DNA from: Nitrososphaerota archaeon
GTDB taxonomy: Archaea > Thermoproteota > Nitrososphaeria > Nitrososphaerales > Gagatemarchaeaceae
Direction of reading: 5' to 3'
DNA length: 64,000 nucleotides
Assembly: GCA_027887005.1 (NCBI GenBank)
Contig: JAPCJI010000008.1
Coordinates: 2,162 to 66,161, forward strand
Part shown: positions 1-8,630 of the stretch, one piece after another
How the letters are laid out: every line of letters begins with the position of its first letter
Numbering within the stretch: position 1 is the first letter of the stretch
Position numbers and translations under genes: made by a program
Notes under the pieces: model-generated
What the model saw: the letters and a program-made list of their open reading frames with translations, nothing else
Told to the model about the DNA's origin: nothing
The model's database searches: none

Positions 1-135
1 GAACATGCACCAGCACCCTCCCCAGACCCCGTTGTTGGCGGCGAAGAACTCCTCGAAGTCCGGCCAGGTTGCTTTGGAGAGCTGTTTGGATGAGCGCGCA
101 CCGTGCACGTGGGGCTCCGGAGACTCCGTCTTCAT
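1..135 (-). CDS. N-terminal fragment of a hypothetical protein that runs off the left edge. It has a GGCWCM motif reminiscent of a GNAT-related family.
   Basis: Hand translation of the reverse strand gives MKTESPEPHVHGARSSKQLSKATWPDFEEFFAANNGVWGGCWCMF. The ATG is at 135-133 and the frame stays open to position 1. Confidence 0.4.
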   Translation of the reverse strand, partial: MKTESPEPHVHGARSSKQLSKATWPDFEEFFAANNGVWGGCWCMF

Positions 136-157
136 CACTTCCGACCCTCTTCGAATC

Positions 158-165
158 TATTTATA
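158..165. promoter_or_regulatory. TATA-box-like element (tatttata) between divergent genes
   Basis: AT-rich octamer in an otherwise GC-rich 68-bp spacer between start codons at 135 (-) and 204 (+). Confidence 0.3.
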
Positions 166-203
166 GAAGAGTCATCCGCTATACAACCTCTGGGTGATGA
201 CTA

Positions 204-872
204 GTGGGTCAATCTGAGTTAGACGCAGTATTGGGGACGGTGGAGAATCCCATAAGAAGGAGGATAATCGCTCGGTTGAGCCAGGAGCCCAACTACCAGC
301 TGCAGCTGTCGAAGGAGCTGGGCCTGAGTCAGCAGCTGGTCGCCAAGCACCTGGTTACCATGGAGGACGCGGGCCTCGTGAGCACCATGCTCGAGGACAG
401 TCCGAGGGGACCTCAGAGGAAGGAGTACCTGCTGAAGAAGAGCTTCTCGGTGACGATCGACCTAGCCCCAAGTTGGTTCAGGGCGCGGATCTTCTCTTTC
501 GGGGCGGTTCCGGGCGCCAATGAGCCGGGGGAGCACAGCCAGGTGATGGCTCAGGTAAACGACGCGCTGAGGTACCCGGAGGAAGCTTCGAAGATCAGGC
601 CGCTGGCGCAGATGATTGCCGAGGTTGACAGGAAGCTCCACGAAATGGAGGAGCAGAGGGCGGTACTGCTGTATCTCCGGGGCCTGGCGCTGAAGGAAGC
701 CGCGAAGGCGACGACGTCCCTTGGCACCGCAGACAGGAAGAAGGTGCTCAGGTACATCATGAGGGAGCAGAGGGACGGGATAGGGGACATGTCTGCGTCG
801 CTCGGCCTTCAGCAGAGGGTCGTCGGTGAGATTCTGGAAGAGATAGAAGAAGACCTAAACGCTTCAGACTAA
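204..872 (+). CDS. ArsR-type winged-helix transcriptional regulator with a long helical C-terminal extension
   Basis: The N-terminus, NPIRRRIIARLSQEPNYQLQLSKELGLSQQLVAKHLVTMEDAGLV, is a typical ArsR/SmtB wHTH. GTG start. Confidence 0.7.
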   Translation: MGQSELDAVLGTVENPIRRRIIARLSQEPNYQLQLSKELGLSQQLVAKHLVTMEDAGLVSTMLEDSPRGPQRKEYLLKKSFSVTIDLAPSWFRARIFSFGAVPGANEPGEHSQVMAQVNDALRYPEEASKIRPLAQMIAEVDRKLHEMEEQRAVLLYLRGLALKEAAKATTSLGTADRKKVLRYIMREQRDGIGDMSASLGLQQRVVGEILEEIEEDLNASD

Positions 873-899
873 AAAAGGAAGAAGAGGAGCGGTGCTCCT

Positions 900-1076
900 C
901 TACAGTCCTACATTCGGGAAATCGGCCTTGGGAACTCCAAGCTGGCCCTGTAGGGTCCGGATGCGGGTCGCGTACTCTTTCATCCTTGGATTGTCGTTCT
1001 GGACCTTGGCGATCCGATAGCCCTTCCAAGCCTTCCTTAAGGCTCCCCAGATTTGCCCCTTTTGGTATTCGGTCAT
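900..1076 (-). CDS. small hypothetical protein (58 aa)
   Basis: Internal ATG of the 900..1256 ORF (MTEYQKGQIWGALRKAWKGYRIAKVQ...). The longer form would overlap the end of the proline dehydrogenase gene. Confidence 0.35.
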   Translation of the reverse strand: MTEYQKGQIWGALRKAWKGYRIAKVQNDNPRMKEYATRIRTLQGQLGVPKADFPNVGL

Positions 1077-1180
1077 TTGAATCTGCCAAGCAATGAGGCC
1101 GCATCGGGTATTTTGCGGGGGGAGTCTAGAGTAGTTGAGCCTGTAATCAACGGTCGCTACCCGCCTCGGCCAGGAGGCCG

Positions 1181-2050
1181 TCAGACCAGCGACCGGAGCA
1201 GGAGCCAGACGTTGCTCGGGTGCTCGGTTATCCTCCTCTTGGAGTAGGCGAACCACCTGTCCCCATAGGGGAGGTACTCCGAAAGGCTGTATCCCGAACC
1301 AACCAGCTCTCGCTTCAGCTCGTCGCGGATGCCCTTGAGCATCTCGAACTCGAATTCAGCGTGACTAGACCCCGCGAGCTTCTTCGCCTCGTCGATGAGG
1401 GCGGAGTCGTGGGTGCCCACAGCGAACCTGTCGCCTCCTTCGAAGAGCATCGCCAACAGCCTGCCGTAGTTGGCAGAGACTTCCTTCCTGCTTGGGAACA
1501 CTACCTCCCTGCTCTCACGATAGGCTCCCTTGACGAGCCTGACCATCGCACCCAGGTCCAAGAGGTGCTTGAGGTCGGCCTCGCTCCGTCTCATGTACGC
1601 CTGGAGAGCGATTCCCAGGTTCCGATGGCGTTCCAGAGTTCTCGCGTACATGGCGATGGTATCATCGGTGAACTTGGAGCCTTCCATGTCCACCCACAGG
1701 GCCTGGTTCAGTTTCCCTGCGTTTGCTGCCACCTTCTCGAACCGTGCCGCTGCTCCCGACTCGTCGGCTCCGAGGCCCAGCTGTGTAAGTTTGAGGGAAA
1801 CAAACCCTCTGACTCCCTTGTCCGCGATGGCCTGCTGCAGCCTGAGGTATTCGTCTGTGGCCGCGTCCGCAGCAGTGGGGTCGGTGATCTCCTCTCCAAG
1901 AAAGTTCACTACTGCACCCATTCCCCTGGCGTTGGCCTTCTGGGCGTCCTTCACGGCGGAATCGAGGTCCACCCCCGAAATCCAGCGCTTCGCCAGTCCT
2001 AGAAGGAACAGTTCCTTGAGTCCCAAGACGGAGCATCGCCGACTGGACAA
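1181..2050 (-). CDS. proline dehydrogenase (monofunctional PRODH domain)
   Basis: 289 aa with PRODH-type motifs: LKLTQLG, LWVDMEGS, ALQAYMRRSEADL, VRLVKGAY and GTHD. Confidence 0.85.
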   Translation of the reverse strand: MSSRRCSVLGLKELFLLGLAKRWISGVDLDSAVKDAQKANARGMGAVVNFLGEEITDPTAADAATDEYLRLQQAIADKGVRGFVSLKLTQLGLGADESGAAARFEKVAANAGKLNQALWVDMEGSKFTDDTIAMYARTLERHRNLGIALQAYMRRSEADLKHLLDLGAMVRLVKGAYRESREVVFPSRKEVSANYGRLLAMLFEGGDRFAVGTHDSALIDEAKKLAGSSHAEFEFEMLKGIRDELKRELVGSGYSLSEYLPYGDRWFAYSKRRITEHPSNVWLLLRSLV

Positions 2051-2081
2051 GATATTAACGGATTATGGCGAGACTGGTGGC

Positions 2082-3185
2082 GTGGTGACACCGAAGGCGA
2101 GCTATGCGGCGCGGCTGGCACGGCTAAGGGAGAACCTGTCGGCTGTCGACCTCGACGGCGTGGTAATCGTGCCAGGACCGAACATGCAATACTTCACTGG
2201 AGTCGAGTCGCTCCTCCTGGAAAGGCCGTTCATGCTCCTCGTCACGAGGGAGGGAGGCGCGAACCTGGTTGCGCCTGCGCTGGAGGCGGGGCCCTACAGG
2301 GAGTGTCCGATGCCCCTGGCGATTCACTCGTGGACGGATTCCCAGGGGTCGGCGGGTGCCATCAGCGAGGCGTCAAGTTCGGCTAGGCTCGGTGGGAGGT
2401 GGGGGGTCGAGGGGAAGGTCCCGTTCCTCTTTCTGAGCAAGCTGATGAGGTTGGGCGCGACGAAGTTTGAGGACGCGGAGCCGGTTCTGCAGGGGCTGAG
2501 GGAGGTCAAAGACGAAACCGAGGTAGGACTCCTAAAGAAGTCGGCGGAGATACTCGGCAAGTCGTTCGAAGGATTTCCTGACCTGATCAAGGACGGAGTC
2601 GCAGAGGCCTGGCTGGCGAAGGCGGCCACCGAACTGATCTACACGAATGGGGCGAGCAAGGTCGATGCGATGCTGGTCCAGTCTGGGGCGAGGGCGGCGG
2701 ACCCCCACTCCCTTCCGTCCTCCAAGAAGGTCAGGAGAGGGGAGAGCATCATCTTCGACGTCGGGGCCACCTTCGAGGGATACTACGCGGACATCACACG
2801 GACTTTCTGTATCGGGGCGGCCCGCGACGTTGAGAAGGTCTACCAGAAGGTCCTCGAAGCGGAGGAAGGTGCTATCCTGGCAGGGGCGGAGGGCGTCGAG
2901 GTGGGGAAGGTTGACGGGGCAGCCAGGGAAGTGCTGACCAGGGCGGGGCTGGGGGAGTATTTCATTCATAGGACTGGCCACGGATTAGGGCTCGAGGTCC
3001 ACGAAGCCCCGTACATCATCGAAGGGGGTAGGGAGAAGCTCAGGAGGGGGATGTGCTACACAGTCGAGCCCGGGGTCTATCGGAGAGGAAGGCTGGGGGT
3101 GCGCATCGAGGACGACGTGCTGGTCGAGGGGAGGAAGGGGGTCGTGACCACGGACACCCCGAAGGAATTCGGCTGGTGGAAGTAG
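2082..3185 (+). CDS. pepQ: Xaa-Pro dipeptidase / aminopeptidase P family (peptidase M24B)
   Basis: Creatinase-like N-domain plus pita-bread fold motifs: DVGATFEGYYADITRTF, HRTGHGLGLEVHE, YTVEPG and VRIEDDV. The start was set at the GTG after the antisense overlap with PRODH ends. Confidence 0.8.
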   Translation: MVTPKASYAARLARLRENLSAVDLDGVVIVPGPNMQYFTGVESLLLERPFMLLVTREGGANLVAPALEAGPYRECPMPLAIHSWTDSQGSAGAISEASSSARLGGRWGVEGKVPFLFLSKLMRLGATKFEDAEPVLQGLREVKDETEVGLLKKSAEILGKSFEGFPDLIKDGVAEAWLAKAATELIYTNGASKVDAMLVQSGARAADPHSLPSSKKVRRGESIIFDVGATFEGYYADITRTFCIGAARDVEKVYQKVLEAEEGAILAGAEGVEVGKVDGAAREVLTRAGLGEYFIHRTGHGLGLEVHEAPYIIEGGREKLRRGMCYTVEPGVYRRGRLGVRIEDDVLVEGRKGVVTTDTPKEFGWWK

Positions 3186-3186
3186 A

Positions 3187-3456
3187 CTACTTCGTCTTCG
3201 AGAACTGGGAGACCAGGGTCTGAGTGTCCTTGATGTACTTGATCTTCGAGACCTTGTCCAGGATTATCCGATAGATTCGTTCGTCGCTCGGGACGATTAT
3301 CTCCTTCTGGGACTCGACCACGGCCAGGATGTCCCATTCTCCGGGAACTATGTGTGCCTCCTTGACTTCCGACACCTTCATGAGGTCGTCGAGGACCTTC
3401 TTCTCGTGGCCGGGGGCCACCCTAAGGAGGATGAAGGCTTTCTGGAATTTTGCCAT
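3187..3456 (-). CDS. stand-alone Lrp/AsnC ligand-binding (RAM) domain protein, 89 aa
   Basis: MAKFQKAFILLRVAPGHEKKVLDDLMKVSEVKEAHIVPGEWDILAVVE fits the AsnC_trans_reg pattern. Internal ATG of the 217-aa ORF. Confidence 0.6.
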   Translation of the reverse strand: MAKFQKAFILLRVAPGHEKKVLDDLMKVSEVKEAHIVPGEWDILAVVESQKEIIVPSDERIYRIILDKVSKIKYIKDTQTLVSQFSKTK

Positions 3457-3483
3457 GATTGATGGAGCTGGAAAGGTTGCGCT

Positions 3484-3491
3484 TTTAAAAC
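3484..3491. promoter_or_regulatory. palindromic TATA box (ttttaaaa), candidate bidirectional promoter
   Basis: Lies nearly midway between divergent start codons at 3456 (-) and 3514 (+), about 23-28 nt from each. This fits leaderless archaeal transcripts. Confidence 0.4.
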
Positions 3492-3513
3492 TCTCGTCGT
3501 TCGGAACGCTGCC

Positions 3514-5202
3514 ATGAAGAACCAGGAGGTTGCAGGGGTGCTCGACAGGCTCGGGGACCTGGTGGAGGCCAACGGGGAGGACCGGTTCAAGGTCATCGCG
3601 TACCATCGCGCCGCGACGAGTATCCGGAACATGGAGGAGGACGTGGAGGAGCTCTGGAGGCAGCAGAGGCTGGAGGAGATCAAGTACGTCGGAGAGGGGA
3701 TAGCGAGGAAAATCGACGAGTATCTCAGCACAGGGAAGCTGCGGATCCTGCAGGACTTGCAGGCGAAGACGCCTCCGGGGGTGCCGCTCCTGATGAAGGT
3801 CCAGGGAGTGGGGCCGAGAATTGCGCATAGGCTTTCCCACGAGCTCGGAATCACGAGCGTCGAGGAGCTGAAGAAGGCCCTTGAGACCGGGAGGCTGGAC
3901 AGCGAATTCGGCGCTAGCGCCAGAGCGTCGTTTCTGACAGGGATCGAGAAGCTTCAGAGCTTCGAGAAGAGGATGCTGCTCCCCGAGGCGGAGGGGGTCT
4001 TCCAGAAGCTGTCGGCCTACTTCGGAGCCCTCGGCATTCAGGTGGGGATGGCGGGGAGTCTGAGGAGGGGGAAGAGCACGGTGGGTGACCTGGACCTCCT
4101 CTCGACCGACGGTCGGGTGATGGAGGCGATGAAGAGGTGCCCCGGGGTCGCCCAGGTGTTGGAGAGCGGGCCCAAGCGCACCAGTGTGAAGCTAGAGGAG
4201 GGCGAGCAGGTGGACGTCCGGCTGTTCAGCGAGGACGAGTACGGGGCCGCATTGATGTACTTCACGGGGTCGAAGGACCATAACATCGCCCTGCGGAACC
4301 TCGCCATCGAGAAGGGTTGGAAGCTCAACGAGTATGGGCTGTTCGACAAAGGGGCCAAGAGGGTGGCCGGGAGGACTGAGGAGGAGGTGTACGCCAAGCT
4401 GGGACTCGGGTACATTCCTCCCGAGCTAAGGGAGAACCACGGGGAGATCGATGCCGCGCGGGAAGGAAAGCTCCCGGACCTGGTCAAATTGGACGACTTG
4501 AAGGGAGACGTCCAGATGCACACGACCTGGAGCGACGGGTCCGCCTCCCTGGAGGAGATGGCACTGGCCGGGAAGGAGCGGGGGTACGAGTACGTGGCGG
4601 TCACGGACCATTCAGTGTCGGTGAGGGTGGCCAATGGGCTCACAGAAGAGAGGTTCAGGAAGCAGTGGAATGAGATAGAGAGCCTGAACGATAAGCTGGC
4701 TCCCTTCAGGGTGCTCAGGGCGGTCGAAGTTGAGATCAAGAGTGACGGTTCGCTTGACTTCGACAGGAAGTTCCTGGACGAGTTCGACCTCGTGGGGGCT
4801 TCGCTTCACCAGAACTTCAGACAGGACGCGCAGAAGTTGACGGAGAGGGCGGTGAAGGCGCTGTCTCATCCGTCCGTCGACTTCCTCTGCCACCCAACCA
4901 ACAGGCTGATCGGGCGGAGGGAGGGGAATCCCATCGACCTCGGGAAGGTCATCAAGACCGCGAAGGACAACGGAAAGTCCCTGGAGATCGACGGGAGCCC
5001 GAAGAGGCTGGACATGGATGAGGTGTGGGGGAGGAAGGCTATGGAGGAGGGAGTACCTATTGTAATTGACTCGGACGCCCATGGAGTTGGAGAGCTGGAC
5101 AACGTGGGCTACGGGGTGACTGTGGCGAGGAGGGCCTGGGTTGGCGCGAAGTCCGTAATGAATGCGAAGAGTTTGAAAGGCCTTCTGAACTCCGTTTCGT
5201 GA
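3514..5202 (+). CDS. polX: family X DNA polymerase with C-terminal PHP phosphoesterase domain
   Basis: 562 aa. N-terminal HhH region (YHRAATSIRN, VGEGIARKI), GDLDLL nucleotidyltransferase motif, and a C-terminal PHP domain (MHTTWSDG, VTDHS, HP, IDSDAH). Confidence 0.85.
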   Translation: MKNQEVAGVLDRLGDLVEANGEDRFKVIAYHRAATSIRNMEEDVEELWRQQRLEEIKYVGEGIARKIDEYLSTGKLRILQDLQAKTPPGVPLLMKVQGVGPRIAHRLSHELGITSVEELKKALETGRLDSEFGASARASFLTGIEKLQSFEKRMLLPEAEGVFQKLSAYFGALGIQVGMAGSLRRGKSTVGDLDLLSTDGRVMEAMKRCPGVAQVLESGPKRTSVKLEEGEQVDVRLFSEDEYGAALMYFTGSKDHNIALRNLAIEKGWKLNEYGLFDKGAKRVAGRTEEEVYAKLGLGYIPPELRENHGEIDAAREGKLPDLVKLDDLKGDVQMHTTWSDGSASLEEMALAGKERGYEYVAVTDHSVSVRVANGLTEERFRKQWNEIESLNDKLAPFRVLRAVEVEIKSDGSLDFDRKFLDEFDLVGASLHQNFRQDAQKLTERAVKALSHPSVDFLCHPTNRLIGRREGNPIDLGKVIKTAKDNGKSLEIDGSPKRLDMDEVWGRKAMEEGVPIVIDSDAHGVGELDNVGYGVTVARRAWVGAKSVMNAKSLKGLLNSVS

Positions 5203-5214
5203 TTCAGCCCCAAC

Positions 5215-5221
5215 TTAATAA
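5215..5221 (+). promoter_or_regulatory. TATA-like box (ttaataa) upstream of tRNA-Leu
   Basis: Ends 25 nt before the tRNA 5' end. The same 9-mer cttaataac recurs at 31920-31928 upstream of atpI. Confidence 0.4.
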
Positions 5222-5245
5222 CGGAAGTTCGACCGCGGTTCAAAT

Positions 5246-5344
5246 GCGGGGGTACTCAAGCCTGGTCAACGAGGCGGGACTTAAGCGGTATCCTGAGAAA
5301 TCCCGTCCCTCAGGGGTTCGTGGGTTCGAATCCCACCCCCCGCA
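5246..5344 (+). tRNA. tRNA-Leu(UAA) with a ~14-nt intron at the canonical 37/38 position
   Basis: Hand fold:
- acceptor gcggggg/cccccgc
- anticodon stem cggga/tcccg with loop cttaag[cggtatcctgagaa]a
- long variable arm
- T-arm gtggg-ttcgaat-cccac. Confidence 0.8.
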
Positions 5345-5437
5345 TCAACAGAACCGAGAAATTGAACGCCCCTAGGATTCCCCTTGCGCAATGCTTGTTT
5401 AGGTGATGGCAAAGACCGCGTCTAGTTCGAGCAACCG

Positions 5438-6034
5438 ATGAACCGGCTGGGTCCTGAAGATTACCAAAGCGGCAGACACATCAGGAAGTTGCTTCGTCTT
5501 GCGGGGGCAAAGGAGGAAGACGTGTTTTACGACCTCGGATGCGGGCGCGGTCAGCTCTGCATTGCTGCGGTCGCCGAGTTCGGAGTCAAGAAGGCGGTCG
5601 GAATCGAATTGCACAGGGGAAGGGCGGCCAAGGCAGCGGCCTCAGTTAGGAAGCAGGCATTGACAGACCGGATCCAAATCAGGAATGAGGACTTCATGGA
5701 GTCGGACATTTCCGAAGCGACCATCGTGTACTCTGGCCTCGAGGAAATCGAGGAGGATGTCCCCTTTTTCGAGAAGCATCTCGGTACTGGTTCAAGGGTC
5801 GTGAGCCTCTTCCTCCCCTTTGTGGGGATTCTACCTGATGCTGCGGACTATCCATTCTACTTGATGAAGATGCCATTCAAGAAGACGAAGGACGTGGATC
5901 TTTGGACTTCGAAGGTCCTGTCCAAGAGGACCTCCTTAGATGAGTTCTATGAAGAACTGGACGCTGACAGGGAGTACCGCTACGACAAGCGGGCCTTCAA
6001 GCGCATGATGAAGGAACGGTTCCAGGGGAGATGA
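5438..6034 (+). CDS. class I SAM-dependent methyltransferase
   Basis: Motif I VFYDLGCGRGQL followed by an acidic loop (GIELH). Confidence 0.7.
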   Translation: MNRLGPEDYQSGRHIRKLLRLAGAKEEDVFYDLGCGRGQLCIAAVAEFGVKKAVGIELHRGRAAKAAASVRKQALTDRIQIRNEDFMESDISEATIVYSGLEEIEEDVPFFEKHLGTGSRVVSLFLPFVGILPDAADYPFYLMKMPFKKTKDVDLWTSKVLSKRTSLDEFYEELDADREYRYDKRAFKRMMKERFQGR

Positions 6035-6119
6035 TTCGCCGCATGGAACGGCTCCCGCTCTGGGCGCGAGAACCTAGTCATTCGATTCCTGGTGTCGATT
6101 CCGGCCTTTCTGACCGGCT

Positions 6120-6698
6120 TCAGGGACGCGGCATGTCTTCCATGCCCATCAGATGACCGCCGAACCCGATTGCCCATAGAAGGACCGGGTACACCACCAT
6201 CCGCTCCATCCCGCCGGCACCCAGACCGAGGTAAATCTGGCCCACGTAGAGGATAAGGGCGAGCAGAGTCCCCGCTCCCAAAATCATGGCGAAGTATGAC
6301 AGTGGTGTCTTCTGGAACCTCGACGTGACGATGGCGGAAAGGCCGGCGAAGAGGAAGACGACTAGAGAAAAGATTGAATGCAGGGAAAACGGTGACCCTT
6401 CGGGAAACAAGCCCACACCCACCGCGCCGATGCCTGCCAGTACCATCAGACAGGTTGCGGGCTTCCAGTGAAAAGACCGCTGAAGGAATAACGCAGCGAC
6501 TAGCACAGAGACACCGAGGACCACAATTGACGGGTTGTAGATCTGGGAAGAGGGCAGGTTCGCGCCCAAGTCACTGATGTAGTTTGTCGAGACGCTGTAG
6601 CTTGGCCAGACTGCTTCGGCGACTATCATGAATATTCCGAACTGAACCGTGCCGATGAACAGCGCGACGCCTGCTTTCGCCGGGTTCGAGAACGTCAT
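6120..6698 (-). CDS. DUF998-like polytopic membrane protein
   Basis: 192 aa with about 6 hydrophobic helices. The NYISDLGA motif is typical of DUF998. Confidence 0.5.
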   Translation of the reverse strand: MTFSNPAKAGVALFIGTVQFGIFMIVAEAVWPSYSVSTNYISDLGANLPSSQIYNPSIVVLGVSVLVAALFLQRSFHWKPATCLMVLAGIGAVGVGLFPEGSPFSLHSIFSLVVFLFAGLSAIVTSRFQKTPLSYFAMILGAGTLLALILYVGQIYLGLGAGGMERMVVYPVLLWAIGFGGHLMGMEDMPRP

Positions 6699-6767
6699 GC
6701 CCCTTTGCTCTCCCTATCTGCGTTAAAAATGTAAGCGAAGGGGGATTCACGGCCCGTCCCACGCTTC

Positions 6768-7367
6768 CTATTCCCCGAGAGGTCTTGGGAGAATCATCAA
6801 CCCCTCCTCGGGGTTACCGATAGCCCTGAACTCACCTTTGGCATAGTGGAGGCCGACGAGGGCAGAAGTGACCGCGTCCAGTTCGTCCCCGTTCAGCTCG
6901 CCTGAGGGACGTCCGAGGTCTATGCCGTACTTCTCCAGTGCAGCCGCAAGCAATGGGAGGCCCCCCTGCTTGCGGGGCATGCCCAGCAGATCCTGGATGG
7001 CCCCGGGGAAGCTCTCGATGACCTCGAGGCCGCCGCCTTCAAGGTCGGCTCTGAGCTTCATCCCCCGGGCCGTAAGCATTCGCATGGGGCCGAGCGATAT
7101 CGGGAAGAACCTGATATGCATCCTGAGGAGTTCCTTGTCGCATTCTCTGAAGTGCGGCGGGCCCCGCTTTTCCAAGCTCTCCCTTCCCTTGGGCAGGAAC
7201 AAGGGGGCGTCGATGCTCACGACCCTGGGTCGCGCAGCGAAGGTCTGCTCAAGTATCTCCGCGTTGGTGTGGAGGACCGCCGTGCGGCAGTGCATCCGGC
7301 TGTCCATGACGCAGAAGCCGGTGTTTCTCTTCTCGCTCCCCGCAAGGTCGATGCCAACTACGCTCAA
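6768..7367 (-). CDS. DUF429 / COG2410-like predicted RNase H-fold nuclease
   Basis: VVGIDLAGSEKRNTGF, VSIDAPL and DELDAVTSALVG match the DUF429 pattern. The TTG start was chosen because the upstream part of the ORF is antisense to the M20 gene. Confidence 0.55.
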   Translation of the reverse strand: MSVVGIDLAGSEKRNTGFCVMDSRMHCRTAVLHTNAEILEQTFAARPRVVSIDAPLFLPKGRESLEKRGPPHFRECDKELLRMHIRFFPISLGPMRMLTARGMKLRADLEGGGLEVIESFPGAIQDLLGMPRKQGGLPLLAAALEKYGIDLGRPSGELNGDELDAVTSALVGLHYAKGEFRAIGNPEEGLMILPRPLGE

Positions 7368-7439
7368 TTCAATCTCGCCCCCCGAATCCCAACCTCCGGA
7401 ATGAGACCTTTTATCCGCCCCTGCCGAGATGGACACCGC

Positions 7440-8630
7440 ATGGATTTCCTTGCGGAGGCCGCGGCCATCGAGCCAGAAATCATCAAGACCAGGAGGATCA
7501 TACACCAGCGGCCTGAACTGGCCTACCACGAGACCGGGACTGCAAAGATCGTGGCGGAGAGGCTGGAAGCGCTTGGGATCAGCGTGAAGACGGGGGTGGG
7601 CGGAACAGGTGTGCTGGGGACCCTGAAGGGGGCGAAGAAGGGTAGAGTGGTCGCCTTGAGGGCAGACATGGACGCGCTTCCCGTGCAGGAGCTGGCAGAT
7701 GTTGAGTTCAAGTCCGGGAAGACGGGGGTGATGCACGCCTGCGGCCATGACACGCACGTTGCTATGCTCCTGGGGGCTGCCCGCATACTCGCAAACCACA
7801 GGAAGGATCTGCAGGGGACGGTGAAGTTCCTCTTCCAGCCTGCAGAGGAGAACGGGGGCAGGGGAGGAGCCATGCCAATGATCGAGGACGGGGTGATGAA
7901 GGACCCCAAGGTGGATTTCGTCTTTGGGCTTCACATCGACAGCAACCGGAACTCGGGCGTTTTCGGGATGAAGGAGGGCGCGATTGCGGCCGCCCCGGAC
8001 ACCTTCAAGATCAGGATAATCGGAAGAGGAGGGCATGGCTCGGCGCCCCATGAGACGGTCGACCCGATCTACATAGCCGCCCAGCTGATTCTGGCGCTGC
8101 AGGGGGTGTCATCCAGGATGATCGACCCAGTTAGGCCCTTCGTGATTTCCGTGGGCGCGGTCCACTCGGGGACCAAGGAGAACATAATCCCGGACGAGGC
8201 GGTGTTGGACGGCACGATAAGGACCCTTGACGAAGCGACCAGGCGGAGGGCGAAAACGAAAGTGGCTGAGGTGGCGAGGGGAGTGTGCAGGACCTTCGGC
8301 GCTCGCGCGGAGGTGGAGTTCGAGGAAGATGCCTACCCGGTGACGGTGAACGACGCGAAGGCGACGGAAGGCGCAGAAAAGGTCCTCAGGAGGATTCCGG
8401 GGACGAAGGTCAAGGAGATCGAGGCGATATTAGGAGGGGAGGATTTTTCGCGGTTCCTGCAAAAGGCGCCGGGAACATTCTACTTTCTGGGGACGAACAA
8501 TCCGTCTAAGGGATGCGTGTATCCAAACCACAGCTCGAGGTTCAAGGTGGACGAAGACGTCCTGAAGTACGGGGCGGCTTCGCTCGCCATGCTGGCGTTC
8601 GAATTCGGGAACCCAAAGGGACCGCAGTAG
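7440..8630 (+). CDS. M20 family amidohydrolase (aminoacylase / hippurate hydrolase type)
   Basis: IHQRPELAYHE, LRADMDALP, HACGHD, FQPAEE and GHGSAPH. Confidence 0.8.
   Translation: MDFLAEAAAIEPEIIKTRRIIHQRPELAYHETGTAKIVAERLEALGISVKTGVGGTGVLGTLKGAKKGRVVALRADMDALPVQELADVEFKSGKTGVMHACGHDTHVAMLLGAARILANHRKDLQGTVKFLFQPAEENGGRGGAMPMIEDGVMKDPKVDFVFGLHIDSNRNSGVFGMKEGAIAAAPDTFKIRIIGRGGHGSAPHETVDPIYIAAQLILALQGVSSRMIDPVRPFVISVGAVHSGTKENIIPDEAVLDGTIRTLDEATRRRAKTKVAEVARGVCRTFGARAEVEFEEDAYPVTVNDAKATEGAEKVLRRIPGTKVKEIEAILGGEDFSRFLQKAPGTFYFLGTNNPSKGCVYPNHSSRFKVDEDVLKYGAASLAMLAFEFGNPKGPQ

Noticed and set aside
1220-2081. Long plus-strand ORFs (1220..2002 and the 5' part of 1530..3185) overlapping the proline dehydrogenase gene
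   Set aside because: They are antisense to a gene with clear PRODH motifs, and their translations are Arg/Pro/Ser-rich and low in complexity. These are typical shadow ORFs of GC-rich DNA.
7368-8051. N-terminal 228 codons of the 427-aa minus-strand ORF 6768..8051
   Set aside because: This part is antisense to the well-supported M20 amidohydrolase gene and is His/Pro/Arg-rich. DUF429-type similarity begins only at VVGIDLAG, so the gene was shortened.
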